Shown here piece after piece: positions 1-11,134 of a stretch of DNA of 64,000 nt. The stretch is from NCBI GenBank assembly GCA_963820915.1, contig CAWGBV010000008.1, positions 126,266 to 190,265 of the forward strand, read 5' to 3'. The stretch is from an uncultured Gammaproteobacteria bacterium (GTDB lineage: Bacteria > Pseudomonadota > Gammaproteobacteria > Chromatiales > Chromatiaceae). Numbering within the stretch: the first letter of the stretch is position 1; each line of letters opens with the position of its first letter. Position numbers and translations under genes: made by a program. The notes beneath the pieces were generated by a model that saw only the letters and a list, made by a program, of their open reading frames with translations, was not told where the DNA came from and did no database searches.

Positions 1-222
1 GATCCGGTCAACGGGCTGGTTCAGGTGCCCTGTATCGAGCGAAACGGGTTTGGCGCAATCAAGGCCTATACGGCAGCGTCTCTGGCAATGCGGGGCAGCG
101 GACAGCACTTCATGCCCCTGGACAACTGTATCGCCGCGATGAAGCAGACGGGGCTGGAGATGTCCCATAAATACAAGGAAACCTCCTTGGGCGGGCTTGC
201 GGTGAGTATTACCGAGTGCTGA
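1..222 (+). CDS. sdaA: L-serine ammonia-lyase (iron-sulfur L-serine dehydratase), C-terminal fragment entering from the left edge
   Basis: Frame 1 is open from nt 1 ([22 protein letters not shown]...[17 protein letters not shown]). The C-terminal KYKET..GGLAV..EC pattern matches L-serine dehydratases as remembered. Confidence 0.75.
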   Translation, partial: DPVNGLVQVPCIERNGFGAIKAYTAASLAMRGSGQHFMPLDNCIAAMKQTGLEMSHKYKETSLGGLAVSITEC

Positions 223-608
223 TGCATGAACGGCGAAACAGGCCCTGGGAGGCATCACCCCAAAGCAAAAATTGGCTCCAGCAACTCAGTCTTCACTTCG
301 GGGTTCAGCTGATAACGGGGGGATCACCGGGCGCGCGGCGTCGAGGGGCGCGTTGATCCCATTTGGGAGATTCAATCGTGCTAGGTCCGGCTTGCAGATA
401 GTGCGGAAATGCCATTGATAATCAATCGGACAATCGACGACACTGTTTTGCAGATCTTTTCAGAGGTCAACAGGATTTAGCGACACGTTGTCGAGCGGAC
501 TTGGCCAAACAATCTGAAGGCAGTGAATTGATATTGTCTCGATACCGGTTCGCATGAGCGTACCGGGATACCGGGCTCCGCTAATATCACCAGTCAAGCG
601 TAATAAAA

Positions 609-2532
609 TTGATGCGCGGTTACATGGAAAAAGCGACAACGGTTACATGGCGCCATATACCCATTGTGGGAGTGGTTCTGGCCAGTTTGTCGATTACCGG
701 TTATGTCTACCAAACCATTCACAGTTGGGAAACACAACGTATACGCCAGGCATTTGGTGAGGCGGTGCGCGACCGTGTTCTTGTCATCCAGAGAGAAATT
801 GAACATACATTGGGCATCGTGCAGGACACTGCCGGTTTTATTGAAGCTTCACCCACCGTTGGTAGACAGCGAGTTTCGCAAGTTTGTAGGTCCTTCGCTT
901 AACCGACATAACTACATAGAGGCTCTTGAGTGGATTCCGCGGGTCGTTGGTGGCGAGCGTCAGGCCTTTGTTGAGGAGGCGCAACGCAGCTTTCCGCCTT
1001 TCCAGATCAGAGAGCATGGAATTGATGGCGAACTTGGCAAGGCGAAACAGCGCGCCGAGCATTTCCCCGTGCTCTACGTGCAGCCATATAACAGCAACCA
1101 GGACCGTCTGGGACTGGATTTGGCATCCGACCCCATCGCGTTGTTGACGCTTCAGGCCGCTCGCGACACCAAGGCAATGCACGTTTCTTTACCAGTTCCG
1201 CTGACTTCTTCTAACGATGAAGGATGGGGCTTCAAGGTGGCTATGCCGGTTTATCGCCGCCAGCCTGGATCAGAGAGCAAAGATAATCTCGAGTTGATGG
1301 AAATGCAGCGTGGCGATTTACGTGGATTTGTAATGGGATTTTTTCGCGTTTCAGGAATTGTGGAGCGTGCAATGGATAGCCTGAGCCCGGCAGGAATCAG
1401 CATGCGGCTCTATGCCGGTATCGGTGCCGCCGACCATTTATACACACACTCGTCCCGACTGGCTCCCGAGGGCGAACCATCCCGTTTCAGATCACCAGAG
1501 CAACACGATTCTGAGCCGTTACGGCTCACCGAGGGGCTCACAGTTGCTGATCAGGACTGGCAGGTGGTGTCGGTGGCGATACCTGATCGTTACCGCGCGG
1601 CTCGCTGGAGTAGCGTCGTTGTTGCGATTGGTGGCGGTGCTTTCACCTTGTTGCTGACAATGTACCTTCTGTCTCTTGTTAATCGTACTGAGAAGGTGCG
1701 GTTATTGGTTAAAAAACGCACATCACAGCTGGAAGATGCGGTGATTGCCTTGAATCAGGAGATCGGCGAGCGGCGCTATGCAGAGCTACAGCTAAAGATG
1801 CTAAACGATACCTTGGAAGTGAGGGTCGCCGCGCGTACTGCTGAGGCTGAAAAACGAGCCCAGGAACTGGAGCAGTTCGCCTATGTGACTTCGCACGACC
1901 TGAAAGCTCCGCTGAGGGCGATCAGCAATCTCGCGGAATGGATAGAAGATGATTTGAAGGAGAAGATGGACGACTCTACGAGAGAGCAGCTTCATCTTCT
2001 ACGGGATCGCGTTCTGAGGATGGACTGTTTGATCCAGGGGCTGCTGGAGTATTCCAGGATCGGCCAGACTGAAGGCGCTGTGTCCCTTGTCGATACCGCA
2101 GAGCTTTTGGCTGAAATCGTGGACTCGCTGTCGCCATCCTCAGGATTCAGGGTTCATGTGGCAGAGGATATGCCTGTGTTTGAAGCTGACCGACTGCATC
2201 TGGGCCAAGTATTCGCAAATCTTATAAGCAATAGTTTGAAACATAATAATGGCCGAAACGGTAATGTCTGGGTTGATGGAAGGAAAACAGGTAAATATTT
2301 TGAGTTCTCAGTTCGGGATGACGGCCCGGGCATCGCGCCTGAATACCATGACAAGATATTCAAAATGTTTCAGACTCTGGAGACAAAGGACTCGGCCACC
2401 AATACTGGAATTGGTCTGGCTCTGGTAAAAAAGATTATTCAGGAGCAAGGCGGTTCTATAGTATTGGAATCAGAACTCGGAAACGGAACGATGTTCAGAT
2501 TCACTTGGCCGATAGAGCGGCAGTCCGAATGA
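609..2532 (+). pseudogene. CHASE-domain sensor histidine kinase, reading frame broken by one apparent 1-nt insertion near 861-864
   Basis: ORF 609..902 encodes a TM helix and the start of the periplasmic domain (...QRIRQAFGEAVRDRVLVIQREIEHTLGIVQDTAGFIEASPTV). The domain continues in the next frame inside ORF 664..2532 (DSEFRKFVGPSLNRHNYIEALEWIPRV...). A second TM, a coiled coil, the H-box (FAYVTSHDLKAPLR) and an HATPase region (DDGPGI, GIGLALVKKI) follow. Confidence 0.75.
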
Positions 2533-2588
2533 CGGTAATATCTGATAACAAGTCATGAATTCTATAATCCGGCCTCCAGTCGCTCGAA

Positions 2589-3011
2589 ATGCTTGAGAAA
2601 AATGCTCCGATTCTTCTTGTAGAGGACGATCGTGTCGATGTCATGACCGTCCAGCGCGCACTTAGGAAAAGTGATATCAGTAATCCCCTTTATGTGGGGC
2701 GCACGGCCTTGGATGCGTTGGCCATGCTGCGAGGGGAGGGCGCAGAGAAAATTGATCCCCCGCCGGTTCTGATACTTCTGGATCTGAATCTGCCGAAGAT
2801 GAGCGGGATTGAGTTTCTCAAGGAACTGCGCGCAGACACAGCATTGAAGTCCCTGCGAGTGATCGTGCTGACATCCTCGAACGAACCCAGAGACCGTGAG
2901 GCAGCGTTTACATACGATGTTGATGACTACGTTGTAAAACCGCATTCCTTCGGGGAATTCACATCAGCTATTTCAACCATCCTTTCCCATTGGTCGCCCG
3001 AGAACGAATAG
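2589..3011 (+). CDS. Stand-alone response regulator receiver (CheY-like)
   Basis: ILLVEDDRVDV...LILLDLNLPKMSGIEFLKELR...VIVLTSS...YVVKP is the typical receiver acidic pocket, phospho-Asp and conserved Lys. It lies directly downstream of the kinase. Confidence 0.85.
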   Translation: MLEKNAPILLVEDDRVDVMTVQRALRKSDISNPLYVGRTALDALAMLRGEGAEKIDPPPVLILLDLNLPKMSGIEFLKELRADTALKSLRVIVLTSSNEPRDREAAFTYDVDDYVVKPHSFGEFTSAISTILSHWSPENE

Positions 3012-3169
3012 TTCGTGGGGTAGCTGTAAGCTGCGCATAATCTTTGGCAAAATAATTTTAGTGCAAGAGGGCCCGGAGCGGCCGCGAACAATCCCTGCAA
3101 TGTCTGAATTACCGATGAACTTCTCCCGAAAAGCTGGACCGTGGGAAGTTAGAAAAACCCGCCATTTAA

Positions 3170-3670
3170 TTACGCCAGAAAACCTTCATCTATAATCAAA
3201 ACATTGGAAAAATTAAAATCCATGATGCAATTAAAATTCAGTGGCGCAGGCCTAAGCTCCTCAATAAATACTTCAGAAGCGCTACAGATAACTGCCACAG
3301 TATCTTGATGCTGTTTTCGATATGTTGTAATTATTTTACGTAGATTGCCAGTGACAAATGTTATTTTAAAATCATGGGTCAGATCACCCAGCTTGTTCAG
3401 CAGTGTCCGGAGTGGGATCTGAATTTCTTCTTCAGGTTTAAAATACAATACCTCGATTAAACTATTGGTGTTATTGGCCAGTTCGACAGCAAAATCGAAT
3501 GCCGTTCCCATTAGATCTGTACTGGCTATTAGTACGATTCGACTTCGCCCTCCGGACAAGCGATAGTGATGGGCACGTTTTTCGATTTTGGCCATCTTGT
3601 CCACGGTCAGCAACATCTCTGCCAATCTTTGACCCATCAAGTTAAAGATGGATTTTAGTTGTACGAACAT
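3170..3670 (-). CDS. Hypothetical protein, weakly USP-like (adenine-nucleotide alpha-hydrolase-like); paralog of 7182..7736
   Basis: Last gene of the transporter operon. Its ATG at 3670 lies 2 nt after the TAA of the NhaD gene. The IVLIASTDLMGTAFDFAVELA...IEVLYF and DTVAVICSAS patterns resemble USP folds. The stretch is AT-richer than its surroundings. The listed ORF 3170..4087 is trimmed to the internal Met. Confidence 0.45.
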   Translation of the reverse strand: MFVQLKSIFNLMGQRLAEMLLTVDKMAKIEKRAHHYRLSGGRSRIVLIASTDLMGTAFDFAVELANNTNSLIEVLYFKPEEEIQIPLRTLLNKLGDLTHDFKITFVTGNLRKIITTYRKQHQDTVAVICSASEVFIEELRPAPLNFNCIMDFNFSNVLIIDEGFLA

Positions 3671-3672
3671 GA

Positions 3673-5114
3673 TTAGCTTTTTGTGAAATACTGGCTGTTC
3701 ACTGCCATGTGGACAAGGATGCTGGCGATGTAGCCTGCGGCAATCGCCGGCGTCCATTTTAGATGTCCGAAGAAGGTGTATTTGCTTCTGGCCTGCCCCA
3801 TAAGTGCCACCCCTGCCGCAGAGCCGATGGAGAGCAACGAGCCTCCGACGCCGGCAGTCAGTGTCACAAGCAACCATTGCCCGGTCGACATATCCGGATT
3901 CATCGTGAGTACGGCAAACATCACCGGAATGTTGTCGACAATGGCAGAGAGGAGGCCGATAGCGACGTTGGCATTGGTGGCTCCCCAGCCTGTGTACATT
4001 AACTCGGACGCCAGACTGAGGTAGCCAAGGAACCCGAGGCCGCCCACGCAAAGTACGACTCCGTAGAAAAACAAGAGGGTGTCCCATTCGGCTTTTGCTA
4101 CAGGTGTAAACACATCGAAAGCTACGGGAGACCCCATTTCGCCATCGTGTTCAACATCATCTGGTCTGCCGAAATAGTCTCTATGTGCGGTTTTTTTGAG
4201 GTAGAAACCGAACAGCTGCAGATATCCCAGTCCCGTCAGCATGCCGATAACCGGTGGTAGATGTAGAAAGTTATGAAACGAGACGGCGGTTGCGATGGTT
4301 GCGAGAAACAAAGCGATAATTCGCCGTGCACCCCTTTGCATCAGCACCTGCTCATCCGACGCTTCTGGCTTAACGTTTGGAACGGCAAAGTGCATGACGG
4401 CAGCAGGCACTAGGTAGTTCACTGCCGCTGGAATAAACAGGGCAAAAAAGCTCCAGAATTCCACAATACCTTTCTGCCAAACCATTAGTGTCGTGATATC
4501 ACCAAAGGGCGAGAAAGCACCGCCGGCATTCGCGGCAACAACAATATTGATGCAGGCCAGAGTCACGAAACGATTGTTAGTGCCTCCTACAGATAACACC
4601 ACGGCACACATCAGCAGTGCGGTGGTCAGATTGTCGGCGACCGGCGAGATAAAAAACGCCAAAGTGCCTGTAATCCAGAAAAGGGAGCGGAAGCCAAAAC
4701 CACTACTAACCAACCAGGCGCGAAGCGCATCGAATACCCGACGCTCTTCCATGGCGTTGATGTAGGTCATCGCAACCAGCAAAAACAGCATCAGTTCTGA
4801 ATATTCAAGCAGGTTGTGTCTTACAGCGTGTTCCGCTTCAGTGGTCAAGCCATGAATGGTGTAATACCAGGCCGATGATGCCCCAGATCAGGCCTGCCCC
4901 GATGATCACTGGCTTTGATTTACGCAGATGAGTGAACTCCTCAGCCATCACCAGCAGATAGGCCGAAATGAAATATGCCAATGGAGAGAAGACCCACCCA
5001 ACTTCCAGTCAGGTCAAGGTGATGTGCTTTATCTTCCGCCGCTATCACACCACTGGATAGAGTGGAAAGCAGCGACAAAAGGACGAGATTAATTTTCGGA
5101 AGTCGACTTTTCAT
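3673..5114 (-). pseudogene. nhaD: NhaD-type Na+/H+ antiporter (ArsB/NhaD permease superfamily), first ~90 codons broken by two frameshifts
   Basis: Intact ORF 3673..4848 (EAEHAVRHNLLEYSELMLFLLVAMTYINAMEERRVF...) matches NhaD as remembered. Upstream, an ATG at 5114 opens MKSRLPKINLVLLSLLSTLSSGVIAAEDKAHHLDLTGSWVGLLSIGIF. Then a shifted frame gives ISAYLLVMAEEFTHLRKSKPVIIGAGLIWGIIG. A further shift (~4868) rejoins the main ORF. Confidence 0.7.
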
Positions 5115-5127
5115 TTGTGTGTATCTT

Positions 5128-7116
5128 TCAGAAGACCAGGTTCATCATGACCATCATCACTATCAGAAAAAGTACGGTCATGATGCCGCCGGCTTTTATG
5201 AAGTCTGCAACCCGGTAACCGCCCGGCCCCATGATCAAGGCATTCACCTGATGGGTGGGAATCAGGAAGGAGTTGGAAGTGGCGATGGCCACCGTTAGTG
5301 CGAATACGGCAGGGTCTGCACCAACACCAATAGCAATATTCACCGCCAGCGGAACCAGTAGCACGGTGGCACCCACATTGGACATGACAAGGGTGAAGAA
5401 GGTGGCCAGCACGGCCACTGCAGCCTGGATTACCCAGATCGGCATGTCGCCCACCACGAGCAACACCTGCTCCGCGATCCATTTTGCGGTGCCTGTCGTC
5501 TCCACGGCCAGTCCTAATGGAATCAGTGACGCAAGTAGAAAAACGGTCTTCCAGCTCACCGCCCCGTAAGCCTCCTCGATGTTCAGCACTCCGGATAAAA
5601 CCATGCCCATTGCACCCGTGAGTAGTGCTACTGAAAGACGGATATCGGTAAACAGCACCATGTAGAGGGCGATGCCGAAAAACACTACGGCGGGCAGAAT
5701 TTTGTGGGGGCGAAGCTCTTCCGCGCGAGGATACTCGGTGGTCACTACGACGAAATCACGGTCTTTTTCGATACGTTCCAGTGCTTGCCAGGCTGTGTGC
5801 ACCACCAAGGTGTCTCCAGGGTGGAACGGCAGATTCCGGATGTCTTCCCCTTCACGCATCGTTGTGCCGTCGCGATGCAGTCCGATCATCGCCAGGCCAT
5901 ATGTCTTGCGCATCCAGACGTCGCGGGCACTTTTACCAATCAGGCTGGAGCCTGGCGGGATGACCACCTCAGCAATGCCGGATTTGGCAGCAGAGAGCGA
6001 CTCCGGAAAGGTGCGTAATCTGTCACGTCGTTTTAGATCGTACTTCTCTACGAAGTGATCGAGATCATGGGGGTCTGAGACTACTCCCAACACCATGCCC
6101 GCCTGGAACTCGGTATCTCGCGCAATGGATCCAGGACCGACCTGTACTCCTTCTCCGGGACGCTTTGTGGCAATTACTCGTACTCTATATGTTGTTTCAA
6201 TATCATCCAGTTGCTTGCCAATCAAATCACTGCCATCTGTTACGACGACTTCCTTAATGGTGTAGTCCACACCATATACGTCATGAAAGTACGCCATGGG
6301 ATCTGTTCCGACCGTGCTGCTTTCACTTTTGGTCTTTGGCAACACAAAGCGCCCGGCCAATACGAAGTAGATGATGCCCGCTATGATCAACGCGACTCCC
6401 ACGGGGGTGACCGAGAACAGTCCCCAAGTATCCATCTGCTGGCTAACAGGGAGCGCCTTGTTGGAAGTGAGGATAAGGTCGTTCAGCAGGATGAGTGGGC
6501 TCGAACCTACCATGGTCATGGTGCCGCCCAGGATGGCAGTGAAGCCCATCGGCATCAGCAGGCGAGACATGGGCAGCCCCGAGCGGGCGGAGATACGGGA
6601 TACAACCGGAAGGAAAAGTGCCGCAGCCCCCACGTTTTGCATAAAGGAGGAGATGAATCCCACAGTGGCAGAAATGATTGGGATGATGCGTGACTCTGTG
6701 GTGCCGCCGACCTTCAAGATGAATGACGCCACCTTGCTCATGATTCCGGTTTTGTCGAGGCCGGCGCCTATTATCATCACCGCGATGATGGACATCACGG
6801 CATTGGAAGAGAAACCATCGAACAGGTGTTTTGTATCTACCAATCCCTGGTCCAGCCCCATAACTGGAGCCAGTAATGTGGTCAATCCAAGTAGCACCAT
6901 GATTGTGGTGGCCGCTACGTCGACTCCCACGACCTCAAATGCAAAAAGATAGATCGTCAAAACAAGAATGGCACCGACCCAGGCAATTTCGATGGAGGGA
7001 GCCACTGTTGAAAGCAAAAGAGCGATGGCAATAAATATAATCGCCGCGATAGCTTGTTTACGGTTAACAATTCCCGGTTTTGAGATAGTTTGTTCTTCAT
7101 CCGCAAGTTTGTTCAT
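5128..7116 (-). CDS. SLC13/DASS-type permease with two central TrkA-C (RCK-C) domains
   Basis: 662 aa and strongly hydrophobic at both ends. The cytoplasmic middle carries two repeats of the TrkA-C pattern (EVVVTDGSDLIGKQLDDI...VIATKR and EVVIPPGSSLIGKSARDV...MIGLHRDG). Confidence 0.8.
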   Translation of the reverse strand: MNKLADEEQTISKPGIVNRKQAIAAIIFIAIALLLSTVAPSIEIAWVGAILVLTIYLFAFEVVGVDVAATTIMVLLGLTTLLAPVMGLDQGLVDTKHLFDGFSSNAVMSIIAVMIIGAGLDKTGIMSKVASFILKVGGTTESRIIPIISATVGFISSFMQNVGAAALFLPVVSRISARSGLPMSRLLMPMGFTAILGGTMTMVGSSPLILLNDLILTSNKALPVSQQMDTWGLFSVTPVGVALIIAGIIYFVLAGRFVLPKTKSESSTVGTDPMAYFHDVYGVDYTIKEVVVTDGSDLIGKQLDDIETTYRVRVIATKRPGEGVQVGPGSIARDTEFQAGMVLGVVSDPHDLDHFVEKYDLKRRDRLRTFPESLSAAKSGIAEVVIPPGSSLIGKSARDVWMRKTYGLAMIGLHRDGTTMREGEDIRNLPFHPGDTLVVHTAWQALERIEKDRDFVVVTTEYPRAEELRPHKILPAVVFFGIALYMVLFTDIRLSVALLTGAMGMVLSGVLNIEEAYGAVSWKTVFLLASLIPLGLAVETTGTAKWIAEQVLLVVGDMPIWVIQAAVAVLATFFTLVMSNVGATVLLVPLAVNIAIGVGADPAVFALTVAIATSNSFLIPTHQVNALIMGPGGYRVADFIKAGGIMTVLFLIVMMVMMNLVF

Positions 7117-7181
7117 TCTTTAACTCTTCGATAGTGTTCAATATCGTCGATATTGGAATTGATGGAATCTGGTGATTGATC

Positions 7182-7736
7182 TCAGGCTGCGGACTGCTTG
7201 GCGGGCCGGGCCGAGGGCTGATTCTCAATTAGTGCCAGCGGGACCGGGATACGGCCCCTACGCTTGGAGGTCAGCTCTTCAACGAGCTCTTTTATGGCTG
7301 GGTCGTCTGGCATCGCCACAAGGAAAGTCAGGGAGGGGTGGTTGCAGATGTAGTTGACGATGTCATCGACGGGCTGCAGGCCGAGTTGAATACGGTTGAA
7401 TTCAAGATCGGCCAGTCGAATCTGCGTTTCCAGTGCAGAGATACAGGCGGGTTCTATCGCACCATGGAGCAGAAGATCGATCTTCGCACCCTGTCTTGCA
7501 CAGGCTTCAATGGCATAGTCGAGGGGGGCGCCTACTCCTCGGCCGTCACTGATTAATCCGATGCGGTAAGTGGCAGGTTTTCTCGCTATTTTTCGGGGCG
7601 GCGGGGATGACTGTCGGCTGGTTTCCGTTCCAAACCCAAGCACATTCAATTTGTCGTGCAAGGGTAAATATTCCCCTGCGTCCTGTTGGCCTAAGCCGGA
7701 CAGGATCCGTTTCAGGTCGTCATTGAGCGTTACCAT
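7182..7736 (-). CDS. Hypothetical protein, weakly USP-like; paralog of 3170..3670
   Basis: RIGLISDGRGVGAPLDYAIEACARQGAKIDLLLHG and LTFLVAMPDD align by eye with the 3170..3670 product. The start is placed at the ATG at 7736; the ORF is open up to 7874, so the start is uncertain. Confidence 0.45.
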   Translation of the reverse strand: MVTLNDDLKRILSGLGQQDAGEYLPLHDKLNVLGFGTETSRQSSPPPRKIARKPATYRIGLISDGRGVGAPLDYAIEACARQGAKIDLLLHGAIEPACISALETQIRLADLEFNRIQLGLQPVDDIVNYICNHPSLTFLVAMPDDPAIKELVEELTSKRRGRIPVPLALIENQPSARPAKQSAA

Positions 7737-7948
7737 TTTAATAATTCCGAATATTGCTTGTATCTTACATAGGCAATGCCTGTGCCAACCCCCTTGTTCT
7801 GCTAACTGATTGATTAAAAAAGCGGAAAAGTTCTCGGTATTGATGTCTTTGTTGCGTTTTGCAACAGCTATCAAATGGCTTTCGGAAATAACAGGGGCAG
7901 ACGCGTTAGGTAGCTTGTTCTGCTACCATTGTTGCGTTCTGAAACGGT

Positions 7949-9440
7949 ATGTTGCGTTTTGTTATGGTCGTGTTGTTTGATCTGGGCAGCTTGCGGGGTA
8001 AAATCACCAGTGCGTATATCGCGTTGGCGGTTGGTATCGTCATGCTTGGCGTCGTCGCCTATTTGGACTTGTTGTTTCTTGAGCGGCAGGTGACGGAGGG
8101 TGAGGTGGTTTCTGATTTGAAAGATACCGTTTTGGAGATGCGCCGGGAGGAGAAAAACCTATTTCTCTACGCAGACATTGATGCGTTGTCCAGGGCTGAC
8201 GAACATGCAGCGGCTTCCTTGGAAATTCTGCAGGATTATCAAACTGCGCTGAGCGCAATTAATCGTGATTTCGACCTTTTGATATGGTGAAGACGTTGAA
8301 CAATTACCGGATCTAGTTGGGGCGCTGGAGGTCGGCATCGGTCGGCGATGGATGCAGCTCCAGGATGAGATAAGAACACTCTGGGACACCGTGTCTACCT
8401 CTCCGTTGACTCACTGGCCGGCCAAGAGCGCCGGATGCTGGAGGCTGCAGTTCAGGAGTCCCAATGGTTCTTATTGATATCCCTGTTCCTTATCGGGCTT
8501 TCGATTTATGTCGTTGGCCTTCATCTCAAGCGCGTGGCGGTCACACCATTAAAGCAGATGGAGTCCCGGTTAACGCGATCGCCAAAGGGCGCTTTAATCA
8601 TCTGGAGCCGCCGTCGAGCGATCGTGAGTTCATGACCCTTACCAAGTGCGTTCAACAGGATGCTGAAAGAGCTGGAGATCCGCCAGAGAGCGGATGTTGC
8701 AGTCTGAGAAGTTGGCATCGCTGGGCATCCTTGCGTCCGGCGTTGCCCATGAACTGAACAATCCATTCTCAAATATTTCGTCCTCCTGCCAACTGCTGAT
8801 TGAGGAGCTGACCGAGGCAGATCCGGCGCAGCTCAATACCTGGCTTGAACAGATTGACAGTGAAACAGAGCGGGGCGGAAAATTGTTCAAACCCTACTTG
8901 ATTTCGGTGGCCAACGTGTTTTTCAGAAAACCGAATAAAGCTGTTGGATATTGTCGATGAGACCCGCACCATCATTGGTGAAACATTCATCAATATTCGG
9001 CAAAACTGACATCAATATTCCGGACGATCTGGAACTGGAAGTGGACAAGCAGCGTATCCAACAATTGTTAATCAATCTCAGTTCAAAATGCCCTGCATGC
9101 CAGCCGGACAGGGTGTTCATATTACGAATCAGCGCCTTCTTATGTGAGGGGTGTTTCGATGATCCCTGACGGTGCGGAGGTCGCGGGCAACCTCAAATGC
9201 ATTACAGATTACGATGGCCGATTTGTCGAGATATTGGTCGCTGATGATGGTCCCGGCATACCATGGCAGTAGCATTTCCAAGGTCTTCGACCCATTTTCA
9301 CAACCAGTGAACCAGGCAAGGTGTTGGGCTCGGACTGTATATCGTGCAGGAAATCGTGCGCGAGCACGATGGCTGTCTTGCAATTGCGTCCAAGCCCGGG
9401 CAAGGGAACCCAGGTAATTGTGTTGCTGCCTGGCGAGGAC
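7949..9440 (+). pseudogene. Sensor histidine kinase (NtrB-like partner of the adjacent sigma-54 activator), heavily frameshifted
   Basis: Kinase pieces are scattered over all three forward frames: N-terminal TM region (7949..8290), second TM plus HAMP-like segment (8435..8635, then AIAKGRFNHLEPPSSDREF in another frame), H-box LQSEKLASLGILASGVAHELNNP (8694..), N-box-like QRIQQLLINL (8951..), and G-box fragments DDGPGIP / GLGLYIV read only by shifting frame. Ends are approximate. Confidence 0.75.
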
Positions 9441-9470
9441 TCGAATACGTGGCTGAAAGATCGTCTGGAA

Positions 9471-10840
9471 ATTGGTCGCATATTGATCGTCGACGACGAA
9501 GCAACTGCCGTTGAGAATCTGGCCCATGTGTGCCGAAAGGAGGGATACGAGGTTACTACACGCACAACTGGTATGGGCGCAATCGAGGCTTTGGAAAAAA
9601 TACCGATTTGATGTCGTTCTGACTGACCTGAAAATGGAAAAAGTGGATGGCATGGCCGTGCTTAATCGGGCTAAGGAGTTGGATCCGGAAACCGCCGTGA
9701 TTCTGATAACGGGCTATCGCAACATTGGATTCGGCCGTGGAGGCGATGAAAGCAGGAGCATTTCACTATATCGCCAAACCTTTTCGCCTGGATGAAGTGC
9801 GGGAGGTCGTGCGTAATGCACTCGAGTTAGTCCAATCTGAAACGGGAAAACCGGGACAGTTAAAGAGCAGCTGAGCGATAGACGGAGCGGGTCTTCCATC
9901 ATCACCCAGGACGCAATAATGCAGCGTCTGTTGGAAACACGCGGCAAGTAGCCCCCACAGATACCAATATTCTTATCACCGGGGAGAGCGGTACCGGGAA
10001 AGAACTGCTGGCCCGATTCATCCATGCACATAGTGAGTCGAAGATGAAAAAACCTTTCAGGCAGTTAATTGTGGCGCCCTGCAGGAGGACCTGCTGGCCA
10101 ATGAGCTTTTCGGTCACGAGAAAGGTGCATATACCGGCGCTACGGAAGCACGGGACAGGGATTGTCCAGGCCGCTGAGCGGGGGTACGCTGTTTCTGGAC
10201 GAGATTGCAGAGATGTCCCTCGGGATGCAGGTGAAACTGTTGCGCGTCATACAGGAGAGGGAGGTCCAGCGCCTGGGCTCAACCCAGGCAATTCCGGTGG
10301 ATATACGCCTGATTGCCGCAACACACCGCGACTTGCTTGATGAGGTGGCTGCTGGTCGTTTCCGGCAGGATCTTTACTACCGGCTTGACGTAGTGGGACT
10401 ACACTTGCCCCCTTTGGCGGAGCGTCGGGACGATATTCCTCTACTCGCTTTTTACTTCTTGCGCAAACACGCCGTGCGTATGGGACGTGCCGTCGACGAT
10501 ATAGATCCTGCAGGTGCTGGCTGCATTACGTGATTACGACTATCCCGGGAATATCCGTGAGCTTGAAAATATCATGGAACGCGCAGTAACCCTGGCTCAG
10601 GAAGAAAAACTGACGATGTCACATTTACCACCTGCCTTGGTGGAGAATGCAGTGCATGTGATACGTGAAGAGGCGGGGCGCTTGCCGACCCTCGAGGAAC
10701 GGGAAGTAGACTATATTCGATATGTATTGGAGCGTAGCGGGCAGAACCGCACACAAGCAGCGAAGATCCTTGGTATTGATCGTGTCTCTTTATGGCGAAA
10801 ATTAAAGAAATATGGCATGGAAGAAGAGCAGCATACATGA
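9471..10840 (+). pseudogene. Sigma-54-dependent response regulator (NtrC family), heavily frameshifted
   Basis: Four parts are each in different frames and interrupted by stops. Receiver: RILIVDDEATAV...FDVVLTDLKMEKVDG...ILITGY / ATLDSAVEAMKAGAFHYIAKPF. Walker A: [21 protein letters not shown]-type motif: [13 protein letters not shown] (~10124-10141). The rest: [26 protein letters not shown]...[11 protein letters not shown]...YYRL. Only the C-terminal HTH part (10514..10840, QAAKILGIDRVSLWRKLKKYG) is a clean ORF. Confidence 0.8.
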
Positions 10841-11057
10841 TCGAGTGGTCATGTTGACGCACTAAGTCGCGTGCAGTTCCAAGTCTGAGTTTTCCGTCCT
10901 GATTCTGGAATATTGGTGATATGGGCATGATGCCCTCCAGGTTGGTCGAGGAGTTTCCTCCACCCGGCGGGTCAGTTATACGCGCTATAGTCCAAGTGCT
11001 CCGAGGGATTTCAGGTGGCTGCTGCTGAGGGGGAAGAAGTAAAAAAAGTAGAATGTA

Positions 11058-11134
<77 letters not shown>

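Noticed and set aside
3671-4087. N-terminal 139 codons of listed ORF 3170..4087
   Set aside because: They overlap the NhaD coding region in another frame. The real gene starts at the ATG at 3670, right after the NhaD stop.
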